Below, one piece after another: positions 21,515-30,709 of a DNA stretch of 54,795 nt. The translations under genes and the position numbers were made by a program. Under the pieces are notes generated by a model. The model was given only the letters and a program-made list of their open reading frames with translations, was not told the origin of the DNA and did not search any database. Positions within the stretch are counted from its first letter, which is position 1. Each line of letters opens with the position of its first letter. The stretch lies in NCBI GenBank assembly GCA_903832015.1, contig CAIKZX010000020.1, positions 1 to 54,795 on the forward strand, in the 5' to 3' direction. The stretch is from an uncultured Actinomycetes bacterium (GTDB taxonomy: Bacteria; Actinomycetota; Acidimicrobiia; Acidimicrobiales; RAAP-2).

Positions 21515-22290
21515 GAGCGGGGAATACCGGCGAAGGCCTGGACGAGAGCGGCGCGCGCTCCGCTGGTGACAAAGCGTTCGCCGACCAGAACGGCATCGAA
21601 TCCGGCGTGACTCGCCGCCAGAACATCTTCGGGACCGCGAAGCCCGGACTCACAGACTTTCGTGATGTTGTCGGGAAGGCTCGAAGCGAGCCGAGCGGCG
21701 TGTTCAGAATCGACTTCGAAGGTGTGCAAATTACGTTGGTTGATCCCGATGATGGAGGCACCGAGGGAAATTGCGCGTTGCGCCTCTTCACTCGAATGAA
21801 TCTCTACTAGCACGTCTAGCCCGAGGTCACGGGCGAGTTCATGAAAAGCGCTGAGCTCTTCGTCACTCAACGCCGCAACAATCAACAAGACGGCGTCGGC
21901 ACCAGCGTCGTGAGCGTCAAGTATGTCGTTAGCGGTCACCGTAAAGTCTTTGCGCAGGATTGGTCGTGAGGTGACAAGTCGGACATCACGTAAATCGTCC
22001 AGTGTTCCACCAAAACCCTCCTCATCGGTGAGCACTGAGATGGCGCTCGCCCCGTTGAGGTCATAGAGCTTCGCTAGGTGAGCCGCGTCGAGGGTGGGTG
22101 CAAACCAGCCCTTAGAGGGGCTTTTGCGCTTAATCTCCGCAATGACTGCGATGTTCTTACCGGATTTCAACGCATCGTTGAAAGAGGATTGTTTGGGGGT
22201 GGCCGCCGCCGCACGATCGCGCCAGTCGCGGGGATCGGACTGAGCGCGAAGCCGGTGACGAGCCACGATCGCATCGAGGTAGGTTCCCAT
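21511..22290 (-). CDS. trpC: Indole-3-glycerol phosphate synthase
   Basis: IAEIKRKSPSKG, ISVLTD, LRKDF, GADAVLLI, GINQRNL, CESG. Confidence 0.95.
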   Translation of the reverse strand: MGTYLDAIVARHRLRAQSDPRDWRDRAAAATPKQSSFNDALKSGKNIAVIAEIKRKSPSKGWFAPTLDAAHLAKLYDLNGASAISVLTDEEGFGGTLDDLRDVRLVTSRPILRKDFTVTANDILDAHDAGADAVLLIVAALSDEELSAFHELARDLGLDVLVEIHSSEEAQRAISLGASIIGINQRNLHTFEVDSEHAARLASSLPDNITKVCESGLRGPEDVLAASHAGFDAVLVGERFVTSGARAALVQAFAGIPRS

Positions 22291-22369
22291 TGGGCAATTC
22301 TAGGGTGGCGTACAAAGTGCTTGGCACTACAAATGGTCGTGAGAACTGCCGACACTAGGATTTCGAGTC

Positions 22370-23245
22370 ATGGAACTAACCCGTCATTCTCTAACCACCA
22401 GCGATGGCCGCCACCTCGAATACGGCACCATTGGTAATCCCGAGGGCCAGACTGTGGTCTTTCACCACGGCACGCCGGGCTGCGTGTTCACATTCATGCA
22501 GTATCAAGAGTTACTCACGATGGGCGACTTCTTTGTCGTTTCCTACTCGCGGGCTGGTTATGGTCAGTCCAGTCGTAAGGAGGGGCGAACCATCGGTGAC
22601 GTGGTCTCGGACATCGAAGCAATCTTGGACCAAGAGGGTCGTTCTTCGTACGTATCGGTTGGTTGGTCCGGGGGCGGACCCCACGCGTTGGCCTGCGCCG
22701 CACTTGATTCGCGTTGCACGGGAGCTCTTTCGGTTGCCGGGGTGGCGCCGACTGACGCGGACTTTGACTGGACCGAAGGTATGGGTCAGGCAAATATTGA
22801 TGAATTCGAATTAGCAAAAGTAGGCGGCCCAGAATACGAACAGCACGCGCGAGAAGCGGGCGAGACCTTCAAGGGCGCCACGGTGGACAACGTTATTGAT
22901 TTATTTGGTGACGTGATGTCCGATGTGGATAAAGCCGCGTGGGCCCCCCTACATCTGCGGGAAAGAGCGGCAATGGAATACGCTCACGCCTTCGCCATCA
23001 GTGGTGACGGCTTTTTTGACGACGATCGAGCATTCCTCAAGCCCTGGGGCTTTTCTCCCGAAGCAATACGGGTGCCAGTTTCACTCTGGTACGGCAGCAA
23101 CGACCTTATGGTCCCCTCCTCACACGGAGATTGGTTGACCAAGTCAATCCCTGGAGCCCGTGCCCACTACTTTGCCGAAGATGGCCACATGTCGATTTGG
23201 CTTAACCACCTCGAAGCAATTGCGGCGGACATCGCGTCCAAGTAG
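22370..23245 (+). CDS. Alpha/beta hydrolase
   Basis: HHGTPG, RAGYGQS, nucleophile elbow GWSGGG, Asp in GSND, His in DGH. Confidence 0.88.
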   Translation: MELTRHSLTTSDGRHLEYGTIGNPEGQTVVFHHGTPGCVFTFMQYQELLTMGDFFVVSYSRAGYGQSSRKEGRTIGDVVSDIEAILDQEGRSSYVSVGWSGGGPHALACAALDSRCTGALSVAGVAPTDADFDWTEGMGQANIDEFELAKVGGPEYEQHAREAGETFKGATVDNVIDLFGDVMSDVDKAAWAPLHLRERAAMEYAHAFAISGDGFFDDDRAFLKPWGFSPEAIRVPVSLWYGSNDLMVPSSHGDWLTKSIPGARAHYFAEDGHMSIWLNHLEAIAADIASK

Positions 23246-23320
23246 TGATCAGGGATTTACGGGGCTAAAAAAACGAGTGCCTGTCGGGGTCACTTCGCGA
23301 CCACCACTTAAACTCGGTCC

Positions 23321-24340
23321 ATGGCCACTGAATTCACCCGCACCGTATTGACCCCACTCGTGCGTGGCGTGAGTTTTGAACGCGCAGCGGCGAGAGAGGC
23401 CCTCGAAGAGATTCTCACCGGTGAGGTTGACGATATTGCTATCGCGTCATTTCTGACCGCGCTCACCAGCAAGGGCGAGACCAGTGAGGAGATGACTGGC
23501 TTCGTTGATGCCCTCCTCGCAAAGTCCGTGAGCTTTTCGGTACCCGAAGGAGCGCTCGATATCGTCGGCACCGGGGGAGATCAGCTCGATTCGGTCAACA
23601 TATCAACAATGGCCTCGCTGGCCGTCGCCGGCACTGGGGTCAAGGTGGCCAAGCACGGCAACCGATCGGCCTCTTCATCAGTGGGCTCGGCTGACGTGCT
23701 CGAAGGACTCGGTGTGAAAATTGGCGTGGACATGGCGGTCGTGAAAGAGTGTCTTCACGAAGCGAACTTTGGTTTCATGTTTGCACCGGTCTTTCACCCC
23801 ACCCTGGGAAAGATTGCACCAATTCGTCGCGCCTTAGGTTTTCGCACAATTTTTAATGTGCTCGGTCCACTCGCCAACCCCGCTCAAGTCAATTACTCAT
23901 TAATTGGTGTTGCCCCCAAAGAGATGTTGCCCAAGATGACAACCGTCATCGCTTCACGAGCCATGACCTCGGCGGCGCTCGTGACCGCCGATGACGGACT
24001 CGATGAGTTGTCACTCAATGGATTCTCCAGCGTCAATTTTGTGCAAGGGGGCGAGGTGCGCGAAGAGCGCATCGACGCGGGCGCGGTGCTGGGGGTACAC
24101 GCCACAACGGACCAACTACGTGGCGGTGACGTGGCGCACAACGTTGCGGTTGCGCGTAATTTCCTCGCGGGAGAACAGGGACCTGTCTTTGATGCGGTCT
24201 GTGCGAATGCGGCGCTCGCACTGGTCGTGGCCCAACGCAGCGAAACATTGGAAGCAGGATTTACACTGGCGCGCGAGAGCGTTCTGAGTGGCGAGGCGCA
24301 AAAAGTCTTAGATCGCCTCGTGGCGACGTCCAATAGTTAG
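23321..24340 (+). CDS. trpD: Anthranilate phosphoribosyltransferase
   Basis: DIVGTGGD, NIST, VAKHGNRSASS..GSADVLE, RTIFNVLGPLANP, DGLDE. Confidence 0.96.
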   Translation: MATEFTRTVLTPLVRGVSFERAAAREALEEILTGEVDDIAIASFLTALTSKGETSEEMTGFVDALLAKSVSFSVPEGALDIVGTGGDQLDSVNISTMASLAVAGTGVKVAKHGNRSASSSVGSADVLEGLGVKIGVDMAVVKECLHEANFGFMFAPVFHPTLGKIAPIRRALGFRTIFNVLGPLANPAQVNYSLIGVAPKEMLPKMTTVIASRAMTSAALVTADDGLDELSLNGFSSVNFVQGGEVREERIDAGAVLGVHATTDQLRGGDVAHNVAVARNFLAGEQGPVFDAVCANAALALVVAQRSETLEAGFTLARESVLSGEAQKVLDRLVATSNS

Positions 24341-25857
24341 TTCGAAGGATCGGCGAGTTCGAGAGCGAGTAGGGGCGCACTCGCCTTGGAGATGCACTCT
24401 TCGTATTCAAACTCTGGAGAAGAATCAGCCACCACGCCACCGCCAGCCTGGACAGTAGCGACGCCGTTGCGAAGGGCTACGGTGCGAATAGTGATCGCAA
24501 AATCCGCATCGCCGTTCAGGGCAAAGTAGCCAACTGCTCCGCCGTAGGGGCCACGGTGGACTGGTTCGAAGGAATCGATTAGCTCCATCGCTCGAACCTT
24601 CGGCGCCCCACTTAACGTTCCCGCGGGAAAGAGCGCATTGAGCGCATCGAAGGAGGTCCATCCTTGGCGTAAGCGCCCACTCACCTGAGAGACCAGGTGC
24701 ATGAGGTGACTGAAGCGCTCCACCTTGGCGAGAGAGTCAACGCGAACCGAACCGGTCTGCGCTACTCGACTGACGTCATTTCGCCCGAGGTCAACGAGCA
24801 TCATGTGCTCAGCGATCTCCTTCTCGTCACGCAACATGTCCGCCTCGAGTTCGAGGTCCGCCTCGGGAGAATCGCCACGGCGACGGGTTCCCGCGATGGG
24901 CCGAGTATGAACGACACCTCCTTGCACTTGGACGAGCATCTCCGGTGAGGCACCGACGAGTTGGGCGTCTCCCAAGTCCAATAGATACATGTAGGGCGAG
25001 GGGTTTAGTGAGCGAAGGATACGGTAGAGGGTTAGCGAGTCAACGGTCGTCGAACGCGTGAACTGTTGACTAGGCACTACTTGGAAGATGTCGCCGGCGC
25101 GAATGTGCTCTTTTGCTCGCTCTACGACCGAGCAGTACTCCTCTTTTCGAAAATTAGAAAGTCTTCCAGCGATAGAGCGGATATCAATCTCGTTCCGCCG
25201 CTGGGGCGCCGAGGCCACTAACTCTTCGATTTTTGGATTTTGCGGACCCGACGGGGCGAACAGTGTCGCGACGAGGTGCGACAGGCGCTCTTTTGCGAGG
25301 CCGTAGGCGGCGTCGCCATCTTGCTCAACCAGAGCACCAACAATCACGGTGGTGGAGTGTCGAACGTGGTCGACCACGACCATGGACCGAGCGAAGGAGA
25401 AGTCGAGATCGGGCCACAGGGCACAATCATCGGGCCGAGGCAGTTTTTCGAGCCGACGAACGTAGTCGTATGACATGTATCCAATGGCGCCGGCAAAGAG
25501 TCCCGGCAGAGTTTCCTCATGGCCGACGGTGTAGCGCGCTAGGAGCTCTCGAATGATGTCGAGTGGCGGGGTGGTGGTATCAACCGTTTCGGACTCGGCG
25601 GTTTGAACCGTTGTTTCACCAGTGCGCAACGAGCGAACTCGCCAGAGACGGTCGAGGCCGATAAAGGAATAACGACCGGTTTCTTCGGCGATGGCGGCGC
25701 TCTCGAGCAGAACGAAGGCTGATTCACTTCGGAGGCGATCGTAAATGGTGATTGGGGTGGCCCGGTCTAGCTGCAGGGTAGTGCTGAGCGCGATGAAGTT
25801 CTCACCACTGCGAACTCGTTGCGCAAACGATTCTTCGTCAAGCGAGGGCGTCCACAT
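24337..25857 (-). CDS. trpE: Anthranilate synthase component I
   Basis: LLES feedback site, GRYSFIG, NPSPYM, PIAGTRRRG, EHMMLVDLGRND, PAGTLSGAPK. Start placed at ATG 25857 because the track start abuts trpG. Confidence 0.92.
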   Translation of the reverse strand: MWTPSLDEESFAQRVRSGENFIALSTTLQLDRATPITIYDRLRSESAFVLLESAAIAEETGRYSFIGLDRLWRVRSLRTGETTVQTAESETVDTTTPPLDIIRELLARYTVGHEETLPGLFAGAIGYMSYDYVRRLEKLPRPDDCALWPDLDFSFARSMVVVDHVRHSTTVIVGALVEQDGDAAYGLAKERLSHLVATLFAPSGPQNPKIEELVASAPQRRNEIDIRSIAGRLSNFRKEEYCSVVERAKEHIRAGDIFQVVPSQQFTRSTTVDSLTLYRILRSLNPSPYMYLLDLGDAQLVGASPEMLVQVQGGVVHTRPIAGTRRRGDSPEADLELEADMLRDEKEIAEHMMLVDLGRNDVSRVAQTGSVRVDSLAKVERFSHLMHLVSQVSGRLRQGWTSFDALNALFPAGTLSGAPKVRAMELIDSFEPVHRGPYGGAVGYFALNGDADFAITIRTVALRNGVATVQAGGGVVADSSPEFEYEECISKASAPLLALELADPSN

Positions 25858-25896
25858 GACTAGAGAGCGTAGTGGCTCGACCGCTAGGATTTTCAC

Positions 25897-26538
25897 GTGA
25901 GCACGACGGTCTTGGTTATTGACAACTTCGATTCCTTTGTCTACAACCTGGTTCAGTACGTGGGCGAATTAGGCGCAGAGGTCGTAGTCCTTCGTTCCAA
26001 CGAAGTCGACCTTGATTCGGTAACTCCGGAGAATTATGCGGGAGTGTTGATTTCACCGGGACCGGGACATCCTCGCGACGTCGCAGTCCTCGGCCAGGTA
26101 ATCGAACGCTGCGAGGCATTGACGATTCCCCTCCTTGGGGTGTGTCTCGGTCACCAGGCCATGGGTCTCGCCTCGGGTTCAGAGGTTGTCTCCGCCCCCT
26201 CGCTTGTCCACGGTCGCGCTACTGAGATTGAACACGATGGACGAGGAATTTTCACGGGTCTACCCAGCCCACTGCGGGTTGGGCGGTATCACTCTCTCGT
26301 CGTCGACCACGTGCCTACGGGATACGAAGTGTCGGCCACGGGTGATGGATTGATCATGGCGCTGCGCCACACCACACTGCCCTTTGAGTGTGTCCAGTTC
26401 CACCCCGAATCAATCTTGACCGAGGGCGGTCACCGCATGATTGCGAATTGGCTATCTAGTTTGGGTGTAGCCGACGCGTTAGCGCGCTGCGACCAGGCAG
26501 CCGCGGCGCTTCCCACACTGCAACCTCCGGTCAAATAA
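25897..26538 (+). CDS. trpG: Anthranilate synthase component II / PabA glutamine amidotransferase
   Basis: IDNFDSFVYNL, SPGPG, GVCLGHQ, RYHSL, QFHPES. Confidence 0.93.
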   Translation: MSTTVLVIDNFDSFVYNLVQYVGELGAEVVVLRSNEVDLDSVTPENYAGVLISPGPGHPRDVAVLGQVIERCEALTIPLLGVCLGHQAMGLASGSEVVSAPSLVHGRATEIEHDGRGIFTGLPSPLRVGRYHSLVVDHVPTGYEVSATGDGLIMALRHTTLPFECVQFHPESILTEGGHRMIANWLSSLGVADALARCDQAAAALPTLQPPVK

Positions 26539-26549
26539 ATCCGTCAGGC

Positions 26550-27506
26550 TTAGATGTGGTTAGCGGGGATCTGCCCGAGCCGTCCAGCTTGGTAGTCCTC
26601 GAACGCCTGTTGGAGTTCGGCCTGGGTGTTCATAACGAAGGGACCGTAAGCGGCAACTGGTTCACCAATGCGCTCGCCACCCATGATGTAGACCTCGAGG
26701 GCCCCGGTGCTCGAGTGCTGCTGTTCGTCGGCGCTGAGTACGAGGTAGTCACCATCAACGTGTACGGCCATTTGGCCCGACGCAATAGGAGTCCGGTCGA
26801 CGCCGACGGTACCTTGTCCGTCCAAGATGTAGGTCAGGGCGTTGTACTGAGGGTTCCAGGGCAGGGCAATTTCGCCGCCAGGGAACAAGGTCAGGTGAAC
26901 AATTGAAATTGGGGTGTGGGTCACACCCGGGCCAGCGAACTCACCGAGGTCGCCCGCAATGACGCGAACGATGGCGTCACCATTGTCGTTGGTCACAAGA
27001 GAGATTCCATCTGCGGAAATATCTTGGTAGCGAGGAGTGGTCATCTTCAGTTTCGAAGGAAGATTGACCCACAGTTGAACGCCGTGGAAGAGTCCACCAC
27101 TGTCAATCATTGCGTCCGGTGGACGCTCGATGTGCAAGATTCCTGCTCCAGCGGTCATCCATTGAGTCGCGCCATTTTCAATAACGCCACCGCCACCGAT
27201 GGAGTCTTGGTGCAAGAAGGTGCCTTCCATCATGTAGGTGACTGTTTCGAATCCACGGTGTGGGTGCCAGGGCGTGCCCTTGGGTTCACCAGGGCCGTAG
27301 TTGATCTCGCCCATTTGATCCATGTGGATGAACGGGTCGAGGTCGGCAATATCAATTCCCGCGAAGGCCCGACGAACAGGAAAGCCCTCACCTTCGAGTC
27401 CACGAGGGGCGGTGGTAATTTTCTTGACCCGACGAGGCCGGTCCCCTTCGACGGGGGAGCCGATCTTGGGAAGCTCAAGTGGGTTTTCAACGGTAATTGC
27501 GGGCAT
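26550..27506 (-). CDS. Pirin family protein
   Basis: DPFIHMD, HPHRGFETVTY, QWMTAGAGILH.E, QLWVNLP, YGPFVMNT; leaderless start ATG 27506 with TACGCT 6 nt upstream. Confidence 0.92.
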   Translation of the reverse strand: MPAITVENPLELPKIGSPVEGDRPRRVKKITTAPRGLEGEGFPVRRAFAGIDIADLDPFIHMDQMGEINYGPGEPKGTPWHPHRGFETVTYMMEGTFLHQDSIGGGGVIENGATQWMTAGAGILHIERPPDAMIDSGGLFHGVQLWVNLPSKLKMTTPRYQDISADGISLVTNDNGDAIVRVIAGDLGEFAGPGVTHTPISIVHLTLFPGGEIALPWNPQYNALTYILDGQGTVGVDRTPIASGQMAVHVDGDYLVLSADEQQHSSTGALEVYIMGGERIGEPVAAYGPFVMNTQAELQQAFEDYQAGRLGQIPANHI

Positions 27507-27738
27507 GAAACCAGCGTACCGAGCCAACGTGCGCCCCATGCGCCAGTTGCGAAATTCTTGCAATTGCGGAGGCTCGCTAGGGCGGATGGGAAGAATTGAA
27601 CTCGCCCGCTCGGTGTCAGCGGTCTGGAATACCATCCGCCACCACCGAGGTTGTACCGAAGGCACTGTCGACACGGCAGAATAGATGGATGTTGTTCGGT
27701 AATTCTGCTGATTTTGCGACTGCCTCGGCCCTGCACAG

Positions 27739-28590
27739 TTGGTCGATGGCCCCGTGCTGACTCTGCTGCCCTTTCACTGGCATCTCGCTGAGGTATTCGT
27801 GACGGCTCTCGTGCTGTGGCTCCATCACACGGTGGTCACCGATGCGCGTCGGCGACACTTCCTGTTCTGGTCACTCGCCATATTCCTCGTGGTGACCATT
27901 TGGCCAATGGGCGACTTGGCCGCACGTGTATCACTCACGGTCGCCACGGTGCAGCGATTGGTGATCATGCTCGCGGTGGCCCCACTACTTCTCCAAAGTG
28001 TGCCGACCGACATCCTGTCGCGACTCACGCTCCCCGCACCCGTTGACGCGATTGTTCGCCGGCTCTCTCATCCCGGTGTTGCGGTTGTTCTCGTCACCGT
28101 GCTCGGCACGCTGACCCTGTCCACCCCAATTGTGGACTGGGGGGCGAGCTCAGCCTTGGCTCGTGACTTTATTCTGTTCATTGTCCTGGTGACGGGGCTG
28201 CTGTTGTGGGTCCCCGCTTTAGCAATTATGCCTGGTGCCGTCAGGCTCTCACCCGCGGGCCGAGCAGGTTACATCTTCGGTTCGGCCTTGGTCGTTACGA
28301 GCCTTTCCTTCGTCTGGATATTCGCGACCCATCCGCTCTACCCCAGTCTCCATAATCAGTTCGCCCTGTTGCACATGTCCCCCCTGTTTGATCAACAACT
28401 CGCGGGCTTTGTAGCCAAACTTGGTTGCTACATACCAATGGGGGCCATTGCCTTCACCATATTTTTCCGGGCTGAGGATGCGGGGGTTTCGGTCGACGAG
28501 TCCCCACTGCACTGGGCAGATGTGGAACGAAAACTCTTGCGCCTCGAGCGAGAGCAGGCCCGAGCGATCCGGCGCCACCACCCGCAATAG
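27739..28590 (+). CDS. CtaG-like (caa3 cytochrome oxidase assembly) membrane protein, degenerate
   Basis: Multi-TM; APLLL..P, LLWVP, PLY and DQQLAG motifs; true start may be GTG 27754. Confidence 0.7.
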   Translation: MVDGPVLTLLPFHWHLAEVFVTALVLWLHHTVVTDARRRHFLFWSLAIFLVVTIWPMGDLAARVSLTVATVQRLVIMLAVAPLLLQSVPTDILSRLTLPAPVDAIVRRLSHPGVAVVLVTVLGTLTLSTPIVDWGASSALARDFILFIVLVTGLLLWVPALAIMPGAVRLSPAGRAGYIFGSALVVTSLSFVWIFATHPLYPSLHNQFALLHMSPLFDQQLAGFVAKLGCYIPMGAIAFTIFFRAEDAGVSVDESPLHWADVERKLLRLEREQARAIRRHHPQ

Positions 28591-28598
28591 CGGGACTT

Positions 28599-28675
28599 TG
28601 GTGGGGCTAGTAAGAATCGAACTTACGACCTCGTCATTATCAGTGACGCGCTCTAACCGACTGAGCTATAGCCCC
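28599..28675 (-). tRNA. tRNA-Ile(GAT)
   Basis: Reverse complement GGGGCTATAGCTCAGTCGGTTAGAGCG-CGTCA CTGATAA TGACG-AGGTCGTAAGTTCGATTCTTACTAGCCCCACCA. Confidence 0.96.
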
Positions 28676-28757
28676 TACAGGGGTTCTAATCTACACCACC
28701 TCGCCGAGAGGGCTTTTTGTTACCGGCGGAGCGGTAATTCTCTGTAATACTTTGCGG

Positions 28758-29363
28758 ATGCTTGACCAGCGATTTATCTTCTTCGCCATGGCCCTCTCGG
28801 CGTACGGGACGATCAGTTACATTCGGGCGATTCTGGCTAAGGGCTCAACGGTTCGCCCCCATCGGGTGACCTGGGGGCTGTGGACCGTCGAGGGCTTGTT
28901 GGCGTTCGTCTCCGAGACCCAACAACACGTGGGCGTAGCGGCGCTCACCACGTTGATGCTGGGATTGATGCCCGCCATCGTGCTCCTCACCACCTTTATC
29001 GCAAAGAACGGCACGTGGGAGGTCACCAAGTTTGATTACGTCTGCGGTGGGCTTTCGGTACTAGGTCTGATTTACTGGTTAGCGAGCAACCAACCGTTAA
29101 TAGGGCTATTGAGTTTTGTGGTCGCCGACCAACTCGCCGCCCTGCCCACCGTGCGCAAGGCGTGGTTGGATCCAGAATCAGAGCAATCACAAACCTTTGT
29201 CATGGGCTCGCTCTACACCGGAATTACCTTGTTGACCCTGCAAGAATTCACTACCGCGGGCGCATCGTTCCCGGGGGCCATTTGTGTCCTCGACGCAATC
29301 ATCGCTTTCCTCGTCATTACCAAGGTTGGCCCCAAGATCCGCCGCGCGAAAAGCGCTACCTAG
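28758..29363 (+). CDS. Hypothetical polytopic membrane protein (weak PQ-loop-like internal duplication)
   Basis: About 200 aa, 6-7 hydrophobic segments; YI..I....RPHRVTW and LPTVRKAW.DP.SE half-repeats. Confidence 0.7.
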   Translation: MLDQRFIFFAMALSAYGTISYIRAILAKGSTVRPHRVTWGLWTVEGLLAFVSETQQHVGVAALTTLMLGLMPAIVLLTTFIAKNGTWEVTKFDYVCGGLSVLGLIYWLASNQPLIGLLSFVVADQLAALPTVRKAWLDPESEQSQTFVMGSLYTGITLLTLQEFTTAGASFPGAICVLDAIIAFLVITKVGPKIRRAKSAT

Positions 29364-29391
29364 GAAAAATTGGTAGGCTACTTATCCTTTC

Positions 29392-29467
29392 GGGGATGTA
29401 GCTCAGTTGGTAGAGCGCGGGCTTTGCAAGCCTGAGGTCGTGGGTTCGATCCCCATCGTCTCCACCA
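29392..29467 (+). tRNA. tRNA-Ala(TGC)
   Basis: GGGGATGTAGCTCAGTTGGTAGAGCG, anticodon loop TTTGCAA, GGTTCGATCCC, CCA end, G3-U70 pair. Confidence 0.96.
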
Positions 29468-29567
29468 AGGGGTTCTGTGTGAGAACCGCTCACCTACCTC
29501 GGGCGTAGCCCGTTTCGGTGAGGTCGACCGATACTCTGAACCTCACGAGCGAATCAGGAGATTGTTT

Positions 29568-30584
29568 ATGCAGCGACGCACACTGGGCCAGGGTCTGGAA
29601 GTATCCGAGCAAGGGCTCGGCTGCATGGGCATGAGCGATTTCTACGGCGAGGCGAACGACACCGAATCACTCGCAACCATTCATGAAGCACTCGACCAGG
29701 GTGTGAACTTCCTCGACACCGCGGACATGTACGGTCCATTTACAAACGAAGTTTTAGTGGGTAGAGCGATCGAGGGGCGTCGAGATGAGGTAGTCCTCGC
29801 TACCAAGTTTGGAAACCAACGTGCGGAAGACGGCACGATGATTCGGATCAACGGAGAGCCCGAGTACGTAATTGCGGCCTGTGACGCATCTCTGAAGCGG
29901 TTGGGGGTTGACTACATCGATCTCTACTATCAGCACCGCGTAGACCGTACCGTCCCGATTGAAGAAACCTGGGGGGCAATGAAATCCCTCGTGGAGTCGG
30001 GCAAGGTTCGACACCTCGGAATCTCAGAGGCTTCACCAGCGACTATCGAGCGCGCACACGCGGTGCACCCGATGACGGCCGTGCAAAGTGAATACTCCTT
30101 ATGGACCCGTGACCCTGAAGATGGAGTTCTCGAAACCTGCCGACGACTAGGCATCGGGTTTGTTGCCTACAGCCCGTTAGGGCGGGGCTTCTTGACCGAT
30201 GAAGCAGAGGCCATGCGTCAGGTAATTACCGGTGAACAGGCGGGTAACGATGCACTGACCGCCTCCGACTACCGGAAGGCTCACCCCCGATTCGCCGGCG
30301 AGGCCGGGGCCACCAATCTCGCCCTGGTAGAGAAATTACGAGAAATTGCGGAGTCGAAGAACGTGACCGTGGCACAACTAGCCCTGGCGTGGGTACTGAC
30401 TCGGGGCAGTGATGTTGTTCCGATTCCGGGCACCAAGCGACGTAAGTGGCTCACGGAGAACATCGCGGCGAGCGAGATTCACCTCAGCGAATCGGACCTC
30501 GTGGAGATTGAAGTGGCCTTCCCTCGCAATGCGGTAGCGGGACTTCGTTACGCCGAGGCGTCGATGAAATCATTGAACGGATAA
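29568..30584 (+). CDS. Aldo/keto reductase
   Basis: [51 protein letters not shown]; SD AGGAG at 29556-29560. Confidence 0.93.
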   Translation: MQRRTLGQGLEVSEQGLGCMGMSDFYGEANDTESLATIHEALDQGVNFLDTADMYGPFTNEVLVGRAIEGRRDEVVLATKFGNQRAEDGTMIRINGEPEYVIAACDASLKRLGVDYIDLYYQHRVDRTVPIEETWGAMKSLVESGKVRHLGISEASPATIERAHAVHPMTAVQSEYSLWTRDPEDGVLETCRRLGIGFVAYSPLGRGFLTDEAEAMRQVITGEQAGNDALTASDYRKAHPRFAGEAGATNLALVEKLREIAESKNVTVAQLALAWVLTRGSDVVPIPGTKRRKWLTENIAASEIHLSESDLVEIEVAFPRNAVAGLRYAEASMKSLNG

Positions 30585-30603
30585 TTTGCCGTCCACGGCA
30601 AAT
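30584..30603. repeat. Perfect 9-bp inverted repeat with 2-nt spacer
   Basis: ATTTGCCGT-CC-ACGGCAAAT, starting on the last base of the AKR stop codon. Confidence 0.6.
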
Positions 30604-30709
30604 CGATTGTTCATTCCAAATATTGGTGGTGTCACCGAGCAGACCCGCTTCAGTCCATCTACAGCGCGTATGTCGCTGTAATTGAGCGCGGTGTGTAAGA
30701 GTAGACCCT

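Noticed and set aside
25889-25904. TTTCACGTGA as a parS site
   Set aside because: Only a partial match to TGTTTCACGTGAAACA, and it is explained by the trpG GTG start.
26916-27736. Long alternative-frame ORFs over pirin (227 aa, 168 aa) and similar shadow ORFs throughout
   Set aside because: They overlap well-supported genes, have no motifs and are expected in GC-rich DNA.
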